Below, piece by piece: positions 1 to 13,413 of a DNA stretch of 64,000 nt (its first letter is position 1; every line of letters begins with the position of its first letter). Position numbers and translations under genes: made by a program. This DNA comes from Podarcis filfolensis. Its lineage: Eukaryota. The stretch is taken from NCBI GenBank assembly GCA_964270895.1, contig OZ185440.1, one strand, 5' to 3'. The notes under the pieces are model-generated. The model saw only the letters and a program-made list of their open reading frames with translations. It made no database searches and had not been told where the DNA came from.

Positions 1-187
1 GGCAAACTCACACCTATGAAAAAGGAGAATGTTTTGTTTTCAACTTCCACGGAAACAGATGGAGAAACTCGATATTCAACTAAAAGGAAAAAACGTTGTC
101 AACAGAAAGCTAAAAATAGGTTTAAATTGAATTAAAAAAGAGAAAGAGAGAGAACAGAAAGTGAATGAATAAGAAACTAAAACACAC

Positions 188-240
188 CTGTGCCAGGAGT
201 TGCATAAATGAATCAACAATATCAGGATGATCCCTGGGCC
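188..240 (-). CDS. IPO13: Importin-13 exon 15 (GPRDHPDIVDSFMQLLAQ)
   Basis: 53 nt; TAG/GTGTGT; manual translation. Confidence 0.96.
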
Positions 241-1721
241 CTAAAAATATAATAAAGATGTAACTGAAGAGAAAAATCATACAAACAGCAACTCAACATC
301 ATATAGTTATGTGATACAGAAAGAATTTACAAGTGAAAACAGGAGTAAGGGAAGGAAGGGGAGGGTGCAAGGGGGTGGGTTGAGGAGGGCAGGCACATGA
401 GCAGCTTGAAGCAAGTTAAAGAAACAAAACATACAAAAATCATGGAGCTTGGAAACCCAAGAACAGAAAGAAAGTGCAAAGGAATAGGCCTGTGCCCAGA
501 GTCCCCTGCCAAGCACCGAGGATAGGAAGGGGAGAGCTCATTGCACCCTAGCAAGGGAAGAGAGAAGCAGGAGCTAACTGGAAACCAGCTTCATGTGGAG
601 AACGAGCACATTTGAACTGGATACATGTTATCATGATTTACTTGGTCCTGAAAGACAACTCCAGAGTCAAACAACAAATCCAGTATTGACATGGAGTAGG
701 CACAAAGTATTGGAAATCCACTAGAGTGCCGGATGGACAGTCCCAACACAGTATTTTCCTAACACCCATGTCCACATGCCTGCCTAGTTGGGAAGAACCC
801 AACTTTCTGGCATTTTCTGCAGGGAAAGGCCAGTGTGGTTGCTGGTAAGCATACTTCCATTCCACAAAACAGAAAGCCTTGTGGCATTATAAATTTAGCA
901 AATTTATTATCACATAAGCTTTCCTGGATCTGAGAATTCTCTTCCTCCATGTTGGCTATGCCTGACCCAGTCAGGCAGTAACAGGGCATCACTCCAAGTA
1001 CTAGTTGCTCCCCATCAATTCTGAGTTCAAACAAGAACCTGGAGAAGGAAGCAGATACCCCACCAACCATGCTGACTGGATCTGTACATGTATTCCAAGT
1101 TTTTCATCTCAGCTGGGGTCAATATGGCAGTTCCATGCAAAGGCAAGTCCAAACACTTGCTGGGAATTTCACAAAGCTGTAAAAGGAATCCTTTGAGCTG
1201 GAGAACCAGGGAGATAGGATACAGAGTCCACATGACAAATGTTTTATTTAGGCCACAGGAAAAAAAAACCCTGATGAATATGGTCGACTCCATAAAGAGC
1301 CATGATGGGGTTAACTGAAAGACATTACAACACACTCCTGAGTGATTCTTGCTTTCTACTCAGAGCCGATTGCTCGCTTCATCTTCCTCTTGGGGCCCTA
1401 ACCCAGGAATCTGACACGGGGAGGGCACATTTCCAGTCATGAAGGACAGGAGAAGAGGGGGAAATGGCAGCACTACTGTCCACTCAGGCACTGATACCTG
1501 AGGAGAAGCATGCCAGAGAGTCCACCTTAGCAAGAGCTTTTCATCTTCATCTGTACCAGCTAAAAGCTTTTGGAACTGAACGAGCACAGCCATGACCTGA
1601 GGAAGGTGTTCCCTCCCCCCACCTGCACACACCTTATAGTCGAGTCTGAACAGCTGAAACCAGGAACAGCAGTTTTCAACGTGGCAGCCTCACAAGACTG
1701 AAGGTGCCCAAGCACACGTAC

Positions 1722-1818
1722 CTTGCTGAAACAGTGTTAGCGTAACTGATGTGACGAGCAGAAAGAGTGCCTTGATAGGTGGGAAATGGGCAGGCTCATG
1801 GGCAAAGATGTGAACCAG
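1722..1818 (-). CDS. IPO13: Importin-13 exon 14 (LVHIFAHEPAHFPPIK...LFQQG)
   Basis: 97 nt; CAG/GTACGT. Confidence 0.98.
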
Positions 1819-2201
1819 CTGGGGATATAAAATACAAAGGAGACTGAAGCCAGAGCAGTCTGGTTTGACCCATTCCATTCCATCCCATATTTGTAGCCCC
1901 TAGCTATCCCCCGTGTAAGTCTAGCTGTCTGTTCTTTGCCTAAAAACATCAACAAGACCCTTGCTGCTAACACAGCAAAGGAGACAGAGACCAGCTGGCA
2001 TAGGAACACTACAGTAGCTTCTCAGATACGTGCATACACAATTCGTGTGTATGGGGGAAAACACATTTTGAGCAATATCTGTGCTTGAACAAAACAAAGG
2101 AGACAAGCTAAAGATACTAAGTGGGTAGGAATTAATCTGTTGAGTAATCAGCCTCCATTGTAAACTTAGTAGCTTCCAGGAATTCTAGTACTTAGACTTA
2201 C

Positions 2202-2339
2202 CTGTCGAGTGAGATCAATGGCAGATGCCTGAGGAATGGTGCTATACATCTGGCCCAGCATCTCACACAGTTGAGGCACCATGGGTGCAAAGTCATCCAG
2301 GAGGGTCTTCACAGACTTTTCAAAAATGGAGCACACAGA
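2202..2339 (-). CDS. IPO13: Importin-13 exon 13 (SVCSIFEKSVKTLLDDF...DLTRQ)
   Basis: 138 nt; CAG/GTAAGT. Confidence 0.98.
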
Positions 2340-2711
2340 CTGTGGGAAGAGGAAGGGCTGCGTCAAGGGAGGACTGGTTACATAACTTGTTCCTTAGCTA
2401 AATATCTATTGATTCTGTACTTCACCTTTCCTCAAAGAAGCCTGAGGTGCATATATAGTTTCCTCCACCCACCTCCAATTCAGTTCTGTGAGGTAAGTTT
2501 GGCGTGGTCGGCCAAACTCCTAAGCCTAAAAGTAGAATACCAAGTTGAACAGAATGTGGGAATCAACTGAAAAGAGAGACTTATCCAACATCACAAACAT
2601 ACATTCTTCAAGTTCTGCCAACAACCACCAGTGCCAACCTGGGAATCTCCTATCTAACTATAGCTATGTGGGCAAAGTGTTGCTTGTTTTTTAACCTAGA
2701 AGATGCATTAC

Positions 2712-2792
2712 CTCCACAACCTGGGCATCATTCAGCCACTTGCTGAGCACTTTCTGGATAAGCTGGAAGACTTGCTGCAGCACCATCACTAC
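2712..2792 (-). CDS. IPO13: Importin-13 exon 12 (VVMVLQQVFQLIQKVLSKWLNDAQVVE)
   Basis: 81 nt; TAG/GTAATG. Confidence 0.96.
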
Positions 2793-3329
2793 CTAGAGGA
2801 AGAAGATAGAAGATAATTATGAAACTGGCTTGGTCTACTACAGTTTGAGGAGGAGGAGACAGCTCACAACCATTCAGATCCAGGGATGAAAAGATGGTAT
2901 TAGAGGCCTCTCTAGAGATTGCTCCACAACTCATATTATGCCAGAGTAGTTTTCAAAAGTCTCACAATACCAGATGTGTAGCTGCCCTCACTTCTTTTGA
3001 AAAGCGAACACAAAGAAAATATACACAATTGAAGGGACATTCTGAGCTCTCTTCTGATCACTCAGTAGTCACGTCAAAAAGCTCACAATCTGCGGTGATG
3101 AAGTGGCTAATCTACACGGGCTCATTCCAATAGTTAAAGTAACACACACACAGTGCTATGTTGTACACCACCTATTTTCACAACCCTTCAACCATTCTAT
3201 GCTACTGCCCTTCAAAAGTTAGAAGAAGCTGCCTACAGTTACATGGCAGGGAAGAGACGCAGCCAAATAAACATGGAGTTGTATGCCCTAATGTATAAAA
3301 AGAACTACTCAGACACATGTAACACCCAC

Positions 3330-3473
3330 CGGATTGGGGCCCTGAGGCACTGGCAGCTTCTTGACCTCTGAGCTCTCATGATCATCATCATGATGACTGA
3401 TGTCCAATGTGGTGAAGAGGTTGGAGAGCAAGCCCAGGATGTGGATGATGGCTAGCTTGTTGGAGGGGTTTGG
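3330..3473 (-). CDS. IPO13: Importin-13 exon 11 (PNPSNKLAIIHILGLL...PQGPNP)
   Basis: 144 nt; CAG/GTGGGT; manual translation. Confidence 0.96.
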
Positions 3474-3852
3474 CTGCAAGGCAAGGCATCACTATAGCAG
3501 TTACAGTAGACCCAGGATATGGGCCACTCACATCAGATGTCCCAGATTGGCAGCAAGAATGGACAGCACGACTGTGAAGCATAGTCTAGTGATTGATTCC
3601 CACCCACCCCCAGCCAATTCCCACCCACTCCGTTCTTGACTCCAGAAGCATAATGCAAAACAGGGCAGGGGGAAGGAATTTAAAAACCAGAGGACAGAGA
3701 TAAGAAATGAGAGGCTTGCAAGACCAGGGAGGTATGGTTAAAACAAGGCACAACTTGCAAGAAGAAGAGTAGAGTTTTACACACAACAGGCTCTATTCTT
3801 TCTTAAAAGAAGGTTGGCAAACAGCCACCACCAAGCAAGTGAAGTAGCTCAC

Positions 3853-3987
3853 CGTTTCATCAGCCAGCTTCTCCAGCTGCTGGATGTAAGGAGTAATCAG
3901 TGAGTGCAGATTCTTCAAAATCTCCTCCACTTGGAGGGCAGAGAGCAAGAAGCCCAGAGCTTGCATCAGCCACATGCACTGACTTGT
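3853..3987 (-). CDS. IPO13: Importin-13 exon 10 (TSQCMWLMQALGF...LADET)
   Basis: 135 nt; CAG/GTGAGC. Confidence 0.98.
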
Positions 3988-4555
3988 CTGGGGGCAGAAC
4001 AAGATGGACAACATTCTTAGTTTCTACTATTATCCTCAGAAAGTCATGCTACACTACATCTCAGTTGGAGTTTATTCTCCCTCTATTCTTCGTCAACTCT
4101 AATGCTTAAGTCTTAGCTATGCCTTCTGGAAGTCTCAACACAGAAACCTGTGTTTAGTGCCAGAACTTAGCCCCCAAATAGCCATTGTCAGAGCCCTGAG
4201 TCACAGATAAACACAAATAAGACTCTTTCATGCAGCTTCGGAATGCCTGGAAACATAATGGATGTCTATCTAAACTAGGAAAGAAAAATGTGTGACTCTA
4301 CAGATGCTTTTGGATTCCAACTCCCAACAGTTCTTGCCTGCAAAGCCAATGGCCAGCAACTTCTGGAGGGTCACAGATTCCCCACTCCTGATCAAAACTC
4401 TGTTTGGGAGACATGCATCCAATTTCACCAATTCCTCTAATCCTCCTCTCATTGACTGGAATGCTCAATACTTTGGAAATAATAACTTGATAGGTAATCA
4501 TATATTCCGTACACTCTTTCACCCTCTGCACCAGGGAGGAGTATAAGTATCTTAC

Positions 4556-4582
4556 CTTGTGAATCTGCTTCATTAGCACATC
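4556..4582 (-). CDS. IPO13: Importin-13 exon 9, 27-nt micro-exon (DVLMKQIHK)
   Basis: TAG/GTAAGA; peptide matches the recalled human segment. Confidence 0.95.
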
Positions 4583-5561
4583 CTATAGAAGGAAAGATGT
4601 GAGAAAGTGAGTACTCGCCCCACAGCAGAAACATTTAACAATGCTCCAACCACAATATCAACTGACAACTCTGGGAGACAAACACTGATCTGGAGCATGG
4701 GCGCTATGAAATTTCAAGGAAAAGTGGATAAGCAAGAGAAGGCTAACTCCCTTCTGATTAACTTAAGCTTGGCCCCTTCCATACATGCTTTTAAGAGGGC
4801 CTTGAAAAGCTCTCTACTGCTTTTCCTGAAGAGTGTTAAAGACTTGTATGATTCAGAGCAGCTTTCTCATAGTAGTTGTACACCTGTCTGATGTACCTAT
4901 TGTTATCTTGCATCAATCTTTTTACATACCGGTGAGGGCTTGATCTTAAAATGCAGCTTATAAATATCTGAATAAATAATCAATAAGCACCCTCTCCCTC
5001 CTACAGTGAAAGCCAACCCTTCTCAAGGATGCTTCATAATGGATAAGTAGTAATCAGTGATTCATTATAGGCAGCGGTTGCATATAGCTTGTCTCCCAAG
5101 CTCCATAATGTCAGCAACAAGGGTCAACAGTTCTGTTTCCTCCACACACCCTGCAAGCATAATTTTTCCTCTTCTAGCAGGAAATGTGAAGCGGAAACCA
5201 AAGACAGCATTTAGTTAAGCAGAAGGCTGAGCTGAATCTTGACCAAATTTCCACTGCAGAAGTAGCTCAAAGTCAACGCACCCTGCCAGCTGCCAAAACA
5301 GATGCACACATACCTTCAAACTGGTAAGATTCAAGTTATTTTAACTGATACATGCAGTCAGAATTCCCATTCTGACAATGTGCAATAAATATTTACCCCA
5401 CTAAATCTCACATACACACGCAGATATCCTCCTCAGAATGTTCCTACTGCTTTAAGCCCTGTTGAATGATCTCTCCTTTACATACAGCTCAAAACTAGTC
5501 AGTCACTTAAACTTCCATTGTCTCATAAAACCATGTATCCTTAGACCATTATTTCAGTTAC

Positions 5562-5743
5562 CTGAGAGACAGCAACTATGTTGGCAGCATAGGGAGGCAA
5601 GTCATACTTGCATTCACGGCAGATTTTCTTAAGGGTTGAGACACTAGAGATGGACAACTCAGGATTGCCCAGAGCCTGTAGCACCAGGGGTAAGACATTG
5701 TTGATCATGACAGGGTGGTCAGCCAGCCACTCTGAAAGTGCTC
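5562..5743 (-). CDS. IPO13: Importin-13 exon 8 (ALSEWLADHPVM...IVAVSQ)
   Basis: 182 nt; TAG/GTAACT. Confidence 0.98.
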
Positions 5744-5936
5744 CTAGAAAGATAGAAAATGCAGAGTCAGGAGCTGCAAGGAGAGGGTACTGTGGACTGG
5801 ATGAAGAGGCCCTACAGGACACATCCAGCCTATGGACTGCTGGTTCCATAGTGTTGTAAGACCTCAACAGCCTGAGGTTCTTTGGGTTAACCTTCCCTTT
5901 TAGCACCCATTCCCTCCCCATACCCAGTCTTCTTAC

Positions 5937-6084
5937 CAATAGTGAACATAACCGTATCTGCAAGCTGCACATTGCTGATGCTGATGTGAGGAATGAGCCC
6001 AATGAGGCCAGGCACTACATCCGAGTAGTTTACATCTATTGTTTCTGCGATGGACTGGAACCCATAAAGCAAAGCTTCTGTGTG
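5937..6084 (-). CDS. IPO13: Importin-13 exon 7 (HTEALLYGFQS...VMFTIG)
   Basis: 148 nt; CAG/GTAAGA. Confidence 0.98.
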
Positions 6085-6599
6085 CTGCCAGAGAAAAAAG
6101 ATTTCATTCTTGAGCCCAGGCCGAACTCTAATGCCCCACATAGATATTTTAATTTATTTATTTTTTTATTAAATGTATATACCTCCCTTCATCCGATTTG
6201 CAACATGGACTGCATGTTGGTGCTGAATTTTACAAAGGGTGGTTCAAACACCACTACCCAAATGAACAGTGATATATAAATATTTTAAATTTATTTAATC
6301 AAACTTGAAGGCAATGAAGGCAGAGACAGTATGTTGAAAAAGTCCCCAACCTAGATTTCATTTTTACAAAAAATATGCAGGGCTAACTTCCATAAAAAGT
6401 TATGATGAGTTGTTGATCCTTTACACTTAGTAGCACAATAATAATTCTTTCATCAGTAAGCTTTTTGCAGGGGCATCGTATCTAGTGAGTCAAATTCTTC
6501 AGGTCAAGGAACCCCTTTCCCCAGCAACATAAAGCACCTGCTATCCTTCAGTGCAACCCCAACTAGACATCCTGAAACCGCTGGGCTATATAACACACA

Positions 6600-6802
6600 G
6601 GGCTCACCCACACTTCCACTTGTCCCATACCTTGAAAGCATGGGTCCAAGAGGTTTTCCACTTGTCCTATTTGTCTCACCACTTTCCATGAGAACAAACA
6701 CCAGTCTGCAGAAAAATCGATTGGCATTTGCTCTGATTCAGCAGTAAAAAGTGGGTTTCCTGGGGAGAAAGGGGTGGGGCAAGTGCAAGTGTGGATGAGC
6801 TC
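6600..6802. mobile_element. PIF/Harbinger-like MITE (degenerate)
   Basis: TIR GGGCTCACCCACACTT / AAGTGTGGATGAGCTC; internally similar to the copy at 21484-21737. Confidence 0.6.
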
Positions 6803-7865
6803 ATTGTGTAGTCTCTCTCCTTCCTGCACCCGCAAGAGGAGGCAGGATACACCTGCATCCATGCTCCCTCTCACCAAGGGCTATTCTAGCAAGATATGGA
6901 CTGCTGAGGCTGCATACTTAGTATGCTGGAGTGCTGGTATGTTTGCTACTGTCTTAAGTCTTCCAGGTGCGTGGACTGTAAATCATGGCTAGGCTGGGTT
7001 TTTGCTTGGCTGTCACATTGATGAACGAGGAGCCCCTGCGGTCACTGGTCCTTGACGCCCATCACTGTTTGCTGTGCCAGTAACACACTGTCAACATGCC
7101 AAGGTGAACAGATACATTCTGATTAGCTGCCACACAGAGACCTCTAGCCTGGCATTACCACCCATCATGGCACAGGAGACATATCAAAGAATCTTTCAGC
7201 ATCTTTCAGCAAACTGTAAAGGAATATTTTCTTTGTAACACTGGAGGTAGTGGGACAACTACACTCCTCAGTTTTCCCAGTACAGAAACCTAACTTGTAG
7301 ACTAGTGACAAAAACATGTGGTAACACAAACCCTATGATAAGGAAAAATAGATGTAATTGAGCATGCATTTGTTGAGTCCGCAATCCTGCTGTCAGGTAT
7401 CTTGCATAATTTGGTTGCTGCCACACAGTGATGGGAGGTGTGCCAGAATGATTGCAAAAACCACCAGCAGTGTCTTACACTAGGAGAGAAATCAGCAAGC
7501 TGGAAGTTGGGACATCGAAGCAATCCTTCAGTCCCAATTTTATAAACCACCAACTCAGCCGTACACTACAAGGAAGAGGTTTACACATTTCAGACCCATT
7601 CAACACTTCTAACAACTTTTTGGAGCTTTGTGACTTTGGATTGCCCTTCCACACATGCTGCTCTGAGATTTAACAGATGGTTCTTCTAACCAAGACACTC
7701 TGCACCTTCACTTTACCTTAGCACCTCTCTTCCACAATGCTCTCCCCCCAGGTCTAACCAGGACTAGTACCATCCTTTCTTAAAAACCTGCAGCATATTC
7801 AGCCTCTGTGTTTGCTGCATTCCTCTAGCTTGGTGTTCCATTTGAGGGTGGAGCTCTCCACTCAC

Positions 7866-7986
7866 CTGCCATGAGGATGGCTGCTCTGTGTTGGTCAAGA
7901 GGCGGCCTAGTTTGTCATATAAGCTGCTCAGCAGCTCTGCTCCAAGCATTTCATACACATACATCAAGGTGTCAGAGATGTCCACT
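7866..7986 (-). CDS. IPO13: Importin-13 exon 6 (VDISDTLMYVYEML...PSSWQ)
   Basis: 121 nt; CAG/GTGAGT. Confidence 0.98.
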
Positions 7987-8215
7987 CTGAGGAAATGAGC
8001 AAATGGGCAATAGAAAAAAAAAGTTACAAAACACTCCCACATTACCAAATAGCAGCTAGATAGAAATTGCTGAAACAGTTATAGCCCATAGCCAAATCAG
8101 GGCAAGTTCAATGTTTACTCCCATTAATGAAGCATGATCAACTTCCTCTTCTGCAGATTATAAGCACTGCACACCAACTGAATGCTAAGGGATATGATTA
8201 GGCAAAAGGTCATAC

Positions 8216-8382
8216 CGGTATATCCGAAATTGCTCCTTTTCATCAGAGGACCAGCAGCTGTACTCTTCATCAGAGGGAAACTGTGCCTTGTGCAGGAGCA
8301 CATCCACCAGCTGGAAATAGACAGGCCGATACACTTGCTGATACATGGCCTGTTTTTCTGGATCAAAAGAGAGGATGTCATC
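8216..8382 (-). CDS. IPO13: Importin-13 exon 5 (DDILSFDPEKQ...EQFRIYR)
   Basis: 167 nt; CAG/GTATGA; inside ORF 8185-8388. Confidence 0.98.
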
Positions 8383-10347
8383 CTGCAAAGAAAAAGATCA
8401 TTCATCAAGTGGAGATTGGAAAAATCAGCCCTGAACTCCAGCAATCATGTTGATGTTAACACAATCAGTCCCCCAAGCATTTTGATGTGATTGGGGGGGA
8501 TCACCTCTCATTGCTGTTGAATCTCTATATGGGAAATCCAGAAATGACATTTTAGAGTCAAGTTACTCCACTCAAATATTCTCCTTAATGCATCTAAGAT
8601 CCTTCCTAGCTTCTAGGAGCAGTTCTACATAATACTTTGTCAGGTCACTCTCTCTGTAGTATCATTCCTTCTCAACACATTGACACCAACTAGACAAGCA
8701 CAGAAGCTATCACAGGCTGGTAAAGCAGCTGACCCCGTCTGCTTTCTTCTACTTTTAGTGACCAACACCTTGTTCTTTCCCTTAGAGACAGTTTTAGCCA
8801 GGTAAGGAATAAATCCACCCCCTACAGTATAGCAATGTCTGCTCCAAGAAGAAAGCTGGGTATTCCTATGCTGCTCAAGGCTGGCATGGACAAGGTTACC
8901 TTATAAACTAGGCTGATGCAAAAACAGATATATAGAAAAGAAAAGTAAGAAGGGATTCTGGGTCACTGAATACAATCCTGGAGCTTCACTAAACCTCTGA
9001 TTCAAGATTCTCACACTAGGCAGAGCTTATGAAGGAAATAGAAAAGGATGATCCTGGGTTGCCTGGCACAAAATTACCAAAGGTTTTGGGAACCCACTGG
9101 AAACTGCAAAGGTGTGTACTGGTGTGGGTTAGACCATGCAGAAAAAGTCTTCTGCTGTCTCTCTGTTCTTGAGCAGCCTATAAAAGATGCTGCTTCAGTT
9201 TTGTTCCCTTCATTAGGAACGATGTGCCTGTGGACTCAAGTACTGCGCCAGTCACACACTGAGACAATGCATGACCTCATCTCATTTCAAGCTGGCACCC
9301 AGAGAAGCAGCAGCTCAACAGCTAGCCTTGCTCTTGGGCAGTGCAGGAGTATGTCAGGCTAATTTGCCATGCTAATGAAGCTTCTGGGCTCCAAGGAAGT
9401 GTGGGGGTGGGGAGGGCAAGTCAGACCAGGCTGCACTGCTTCAAGGACTGTGTCTCAGCATAGCAGCAAGCATACACCACAACAGACAAATCTGCATCTG
9501 CATTAATTGTGCTTGCAACTGGGAATAGCAGCACTTTGCCTGTCAAGACAGAGAACAAACTTGGTCTTCTTCCATAGCTGAAAAGAGCTATTATCTGTAA
9601 GGCTCTTCCAATAAGGCCACTGATGCACTATGGGTTACTCTAGTAAAGAAATACCTTGCCACCACTAGACAGCAAACTAAATGGAGCTCTCTTCCTGTCA
9701 AAACAGGGTACTCACAGTCAAGTTGTTCTCTAGCAGAAAGAGAGGAAGATGATAAAACTACCTCATAGCGAATAATTTGATTCATGTAGTGAGGTGTTTA
9801 GTTTACACACTTCTCGAAGATGGTGGAGTCTGAGCTGCAAATAAATACCTGCAGCACCTAAAGGGAATTTAAGGCTCATGGGTATATCTGAGCATCTTCT
9901 CTGTTGCCACAAAACATATTACTGGAACACAACCACGTTTATACACCATGTTTATGCAGTAAGCAGAATACATCCTTGTCACTCACTCTGGCCTTCAATA
10001 TATGTATGCAAGAATGCAAGAATTTCCACTCTATTAAGCACAGAGCATACATCAAGTTTGGCCTCAGAGCTTCTAGTGGACAATTCCAGAACATTCCATT
10101 ATACTCAATCCAGAGCCAATATCTATACAATCTACATGACAAGTGCTTGCATATGCAGAACAATTAGTGTAATCATCATAAACAACTTTAATGTGCTAGC
10201 TATTAGCCTTGCCAACTTTTTCATGTAGAGGCATGCACAACCACTAGTACAAGAACATGCCTGGCACCAACCAAAGTACAAGCCAGAGAACAAACCTATA
10301 AAGATGGCACTGAAGAAGTCCATTTCATGAAGGTGGCTAACACTTAC

Positions 10348-10489
10348 CTGAAGTGTATACCAGAAAGTGAGTGTTAGTGAACTCGTGGTCTCATTGACAG
10401 GATAGTGTCCTGGGATCCCAGTGCAGAACATGATCATGTTAACCAGTGCTAGGAAGCTCTGCCAGTGGTCCACTTGGTCCAAGAGAGCT
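10348..10489 (-). CDS. IPO13: Importin-13 exon 4 (ALLDQVDHWQSF...TFWYTLQ)
   Basis: 142 nt; CAG/GTAAGT; inside ORF 10132-10509. Confidence 0.98.
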
Positions 10490-10614
10490 CTGTGGGAGAT
10501 AGTAGGCACACTGCATCAGGAATTGGCTCTGCCATTGCAGGTGCATAGAAACAGCAGTCACCCCACATTTGGGATAATACAGTACAGTATATCAGTGCAC
10601 TATACCCTCTACAG

Positions 10615-10749
10615 CAGGCATCCCCAAACTCAGCCTTCCAGCTATTTTAGGACTACAACTCCCATTATCCCTAGCTAACAGGACCATGGTCAGGGATGAT
10701 GGGAATTGTAGTCCCAAAGCAGCTGGAGGACAGAGTTTGGGGATGCGTG
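10615..10749. mobile_element. Fold-back hAT MITE
   Basis: 16-bp TIR (15/16 match), exact 8-bp TSD CTCTACAG, near-palindromic body. Confidence 0.9.
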
Positions 10750-10886
10750 CTCTACAGGAAAAGAGCTAGGAAGCAAACTGAAAGGGATTCGGCCAACTCA
10801 TGGAACAAATACCCCAGCAAGTGGACTAGATACAGTAGGTTTAGGATCTTCAATGGCTTCCAGATGGAAAAGGGTTCCGTATAGTC

Positions 10887-11022
10887 CAGGCAAGGCCAAA
10901 CTTGGCCCTCCAGCTGTTTTGGGACTACAACTCCCACCATCCCTAGCTAACAGGACCAGTGGTCAGGGATGATGGGAACTGTAGTCCCAAAACAGCTGGA
11001 GGGCCAAGTCTGGCCACACTTG
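10887..11022. mobile_element. Fold-back hAT MITE (related family)
   Basis: Palindromic arms; TSD GTATAGTC / GTATAGTA. Confidence 0.88.
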
Positions 11023-11223
11023 GTATAGTATCTCTGCTATCATGCACAGATACATTAGCGTCCATATGACCCTTTGGATCTTTGAGCTGCTTTAGAATGA
11101 GGTTTGGGAGACTTATAGGCTGCTTAGCTACAAAGAAAGCTAGTAGGGCAGAGGGAACACTCCCCAAAATAGCTCCATTTTCTACTGATCATTGCTATCA
11201 GATTCCATCACCATTCTCCTCAC

Positions 11224-11364
11224 CGGGAATGATTCTCCCCCAGGGCAACAGCAATGCGGCAGATCCCATGAGATGTCTCCATATCCCTGCTCTGAACTGC
11301 TTGACGTAGTTGTTCCTGGAGTCCCAGAACAGGTGGGATGAGCTTCAGAAGAGTATTCACATAC
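11224..11364 (-). CDS. IPO13: Importin-13 exon 3 (YVNTLLKLIPPVLGLQEQLRQ...LGENHSR)
   Basis: 141 nt; CAG acceptor and GTGAGG donor; found by manual translation, not in the ORF track. Confidence 0.96.
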
Positions 11365-11444
11365 CTGCCAAGGGAGAGAGGAGATGGGAGGCTTTATGCC
11401 TATATAGCCTCCTAAAATAATGAACCGTCAATCACAAATGTAAG

Positions 11445-11727
11445 ATGACTCCTGCTGAATCAAGCCAGATATCAGTTTTGTCCAGCCTTCCATTCCCCAT
11501 GCTGCCCAACCAGATGCTTCAGGAAGCTCGTAAGCAAGGGATGAAGGTAACAGTCCTGTCCTGCAATTTGCTCTGCAGCAACTGTACTCAGAGTTATATA
11601 ATCTGTGAACCTGGAGTTTCTGTAAATACTATTGCTACTGACCTTTCATAAAGTGGCTTATCTCTTGCACCAGTGAATTCCACAAGTTAGTTGTGCACTG
11701 TGTGAAGAACTATTTTCTTTTTGTCTG
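11445..11727 (-). mobile_element. CR1 LINE 3' fragment (degenerate)
   Basis: Similar to the reverse complement of the CR1 copy at 46821-47181 (GAATTCCACAAGTT...TGTGAAGAA...TTTTGTCTG). Confidence 0.7.
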
Positions 11728-11976
11728 GAGGTGCTATGAGATCTAGCCTTACTTCTGGATGCCCAAGTAACCTCAGCGGTACGAAATGCCTTTTACTACT
11801 CTAGGCTGGTACAATCAAGCTAACCACAATTATTCATGCTCCAGGAAAATCCCATTCAGATTATTGCAATGTATTGTATATAGGGCTGACCTTGAAGAGT
11901 TTGGAAGTCAGTTAGTAACCTAGTTGCCATATTTTGCACTACTTGGGATGAGATATATGGAACACAAGGGCATCTT
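11723..11976 (+). repeat. Copy 1 of a local duplication (copy 2 at 13414-13629)
   Basis: About 160-bp and 50-bp blocks identical between the two copies. Confidence 0.95.
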
Positions 11977-12593
11977 ACACAGACCCCTCCTCCACAACTC
12001 TGAAAGTGCCAACATCAGTCAGGAAACCCAAGCCAACTGTAAAGAGTGTATTTTGTTATCTCTAGGCTTGTCGCATGCAAACTACTGTCACATTAACCAA
12101 CACATCAATCCCCATTTTGCCTCTTGGAAGTGAAATTTTTCAGATATGAGATTTGGTCCCAATAAAGCCTAAGTGTAGTAATATCTGCTGAGTGCAGATG
12201 AACACATAACCCAGTTAGATGCATTCTTCTCCCCAGATGAATGCCAAAGGAACCAGCTCACACTAAGTTGTGTCCTGTCTGTGCAAGATGAAACCATGAT
12301 TGTAACACTTCATGGGATGCAGTGAGGTAACCATCAACAATCCTTTTTTATACCAAAAGATAATGTGAAGTGTAAAATTCGCTAACAAACATCATGTCCT
12401 AGCCATCTTAAGAATCCTCTATTATTTTCTACATAGGATAACAGATACAGATTTGTAGGTAGATGACAGAACATATCTCATTAAGGTTGAACAAGTGAAA
12501 GAGGCCTTGATAACAATGTTGTGAGAGGTAGGCTTCACAACTCAGTCTACTTTGTTACGTTCTAGCATGATTCTGGTGATGATGATTATATTA

Positions 12594-12594
<1 letters not shown>

Positions 12595-12639
<45 letters not shown>
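12595..12639. repeat. (ATT)n microsatellite
   Basis: About 15 units. Confidence 0.98.
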
Positions 12640-12640
<1 letters not shown>

Positions 12641-13059
12641 TGCATGCTAGAAGAGTAACTGTTTAGGGCACATGCTATAACCTAGAAAATAGGTTGAAAA
12701 GGGCTGGAGCTCCCCAGAGCAACATTAATTTTCTGAGGCCATTTCAAATTAGTTTCCAGCTTGGTTTTGGAACTGAAACTGTCTTAGTCTCTGTTATGGG
12801 TGACCTATGCCAAGGGAATGAGACCCTGCTAATTCAACTATACACCTCATGACTTTCAATACTATTGAGATTGCTATCCTTCTAGATTGGCTGCACTGGG
12901 GGAGAACAGGGGAACCACACTTTGGCGATCCCATACCAACCTGAATCATCAGTTCTAGAAGGTCATGGTGCTGGACTATTGCTGTGACCCATGACAGTCA
13001 TGCCATGTTGTTCCACACAACCCTAGTCTGCCCTTCCCATGTTATACCAATATCTATTT

Positions 13060-13172
13060 GGGAATGGGGAACCAGTGGTTCTCCAGATGTTGAAGTACAG
13101 CTCCCATCATCCCTGGCTATTACACACACTGGCTGGGACTGATGGGAGTTGGGAGTCCACCAACATCAGGAA
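13060..13172. mobile_element. Degenerate fold-back MITE of the ACTACAACTCCC family
   Basis: CTCCCATCATCCCT and GATGGGAGTTG arms. Confidence 0.55.
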
Positions 13173-13413
13173 GGTCATGTGTTCTCTATCTCTGATCTAC
13201 ATGAAACTACTGAGTGAGATTTGAGAATTTAGGGCGCACTTGACACCCACCTCTATCATTTTTCCTTCTAATTCAGCTGGTGCTGTGGCCTTTAAAAGTG
13301 CTGAATTTGTGCCTGGAACCAGTAATTGGCTGCATGAGGACCAATGTCCTGAAGCTCAATCATGACAAGTTCTATGGGTAGGTGGTTGCCTGCCTTAGTA
13401 GATTGGATACACA

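Noticed and set aside
1498-1596. 99-nt exon-like segment in IPO13 intron 14 (possible poison or alternative first exon)
   Set aside because: Weak donor (GTATCA) and short pyrimidine tract; its ATG frame is phase 0 whereas exon 15 needs phase 1; no support beyond chance.
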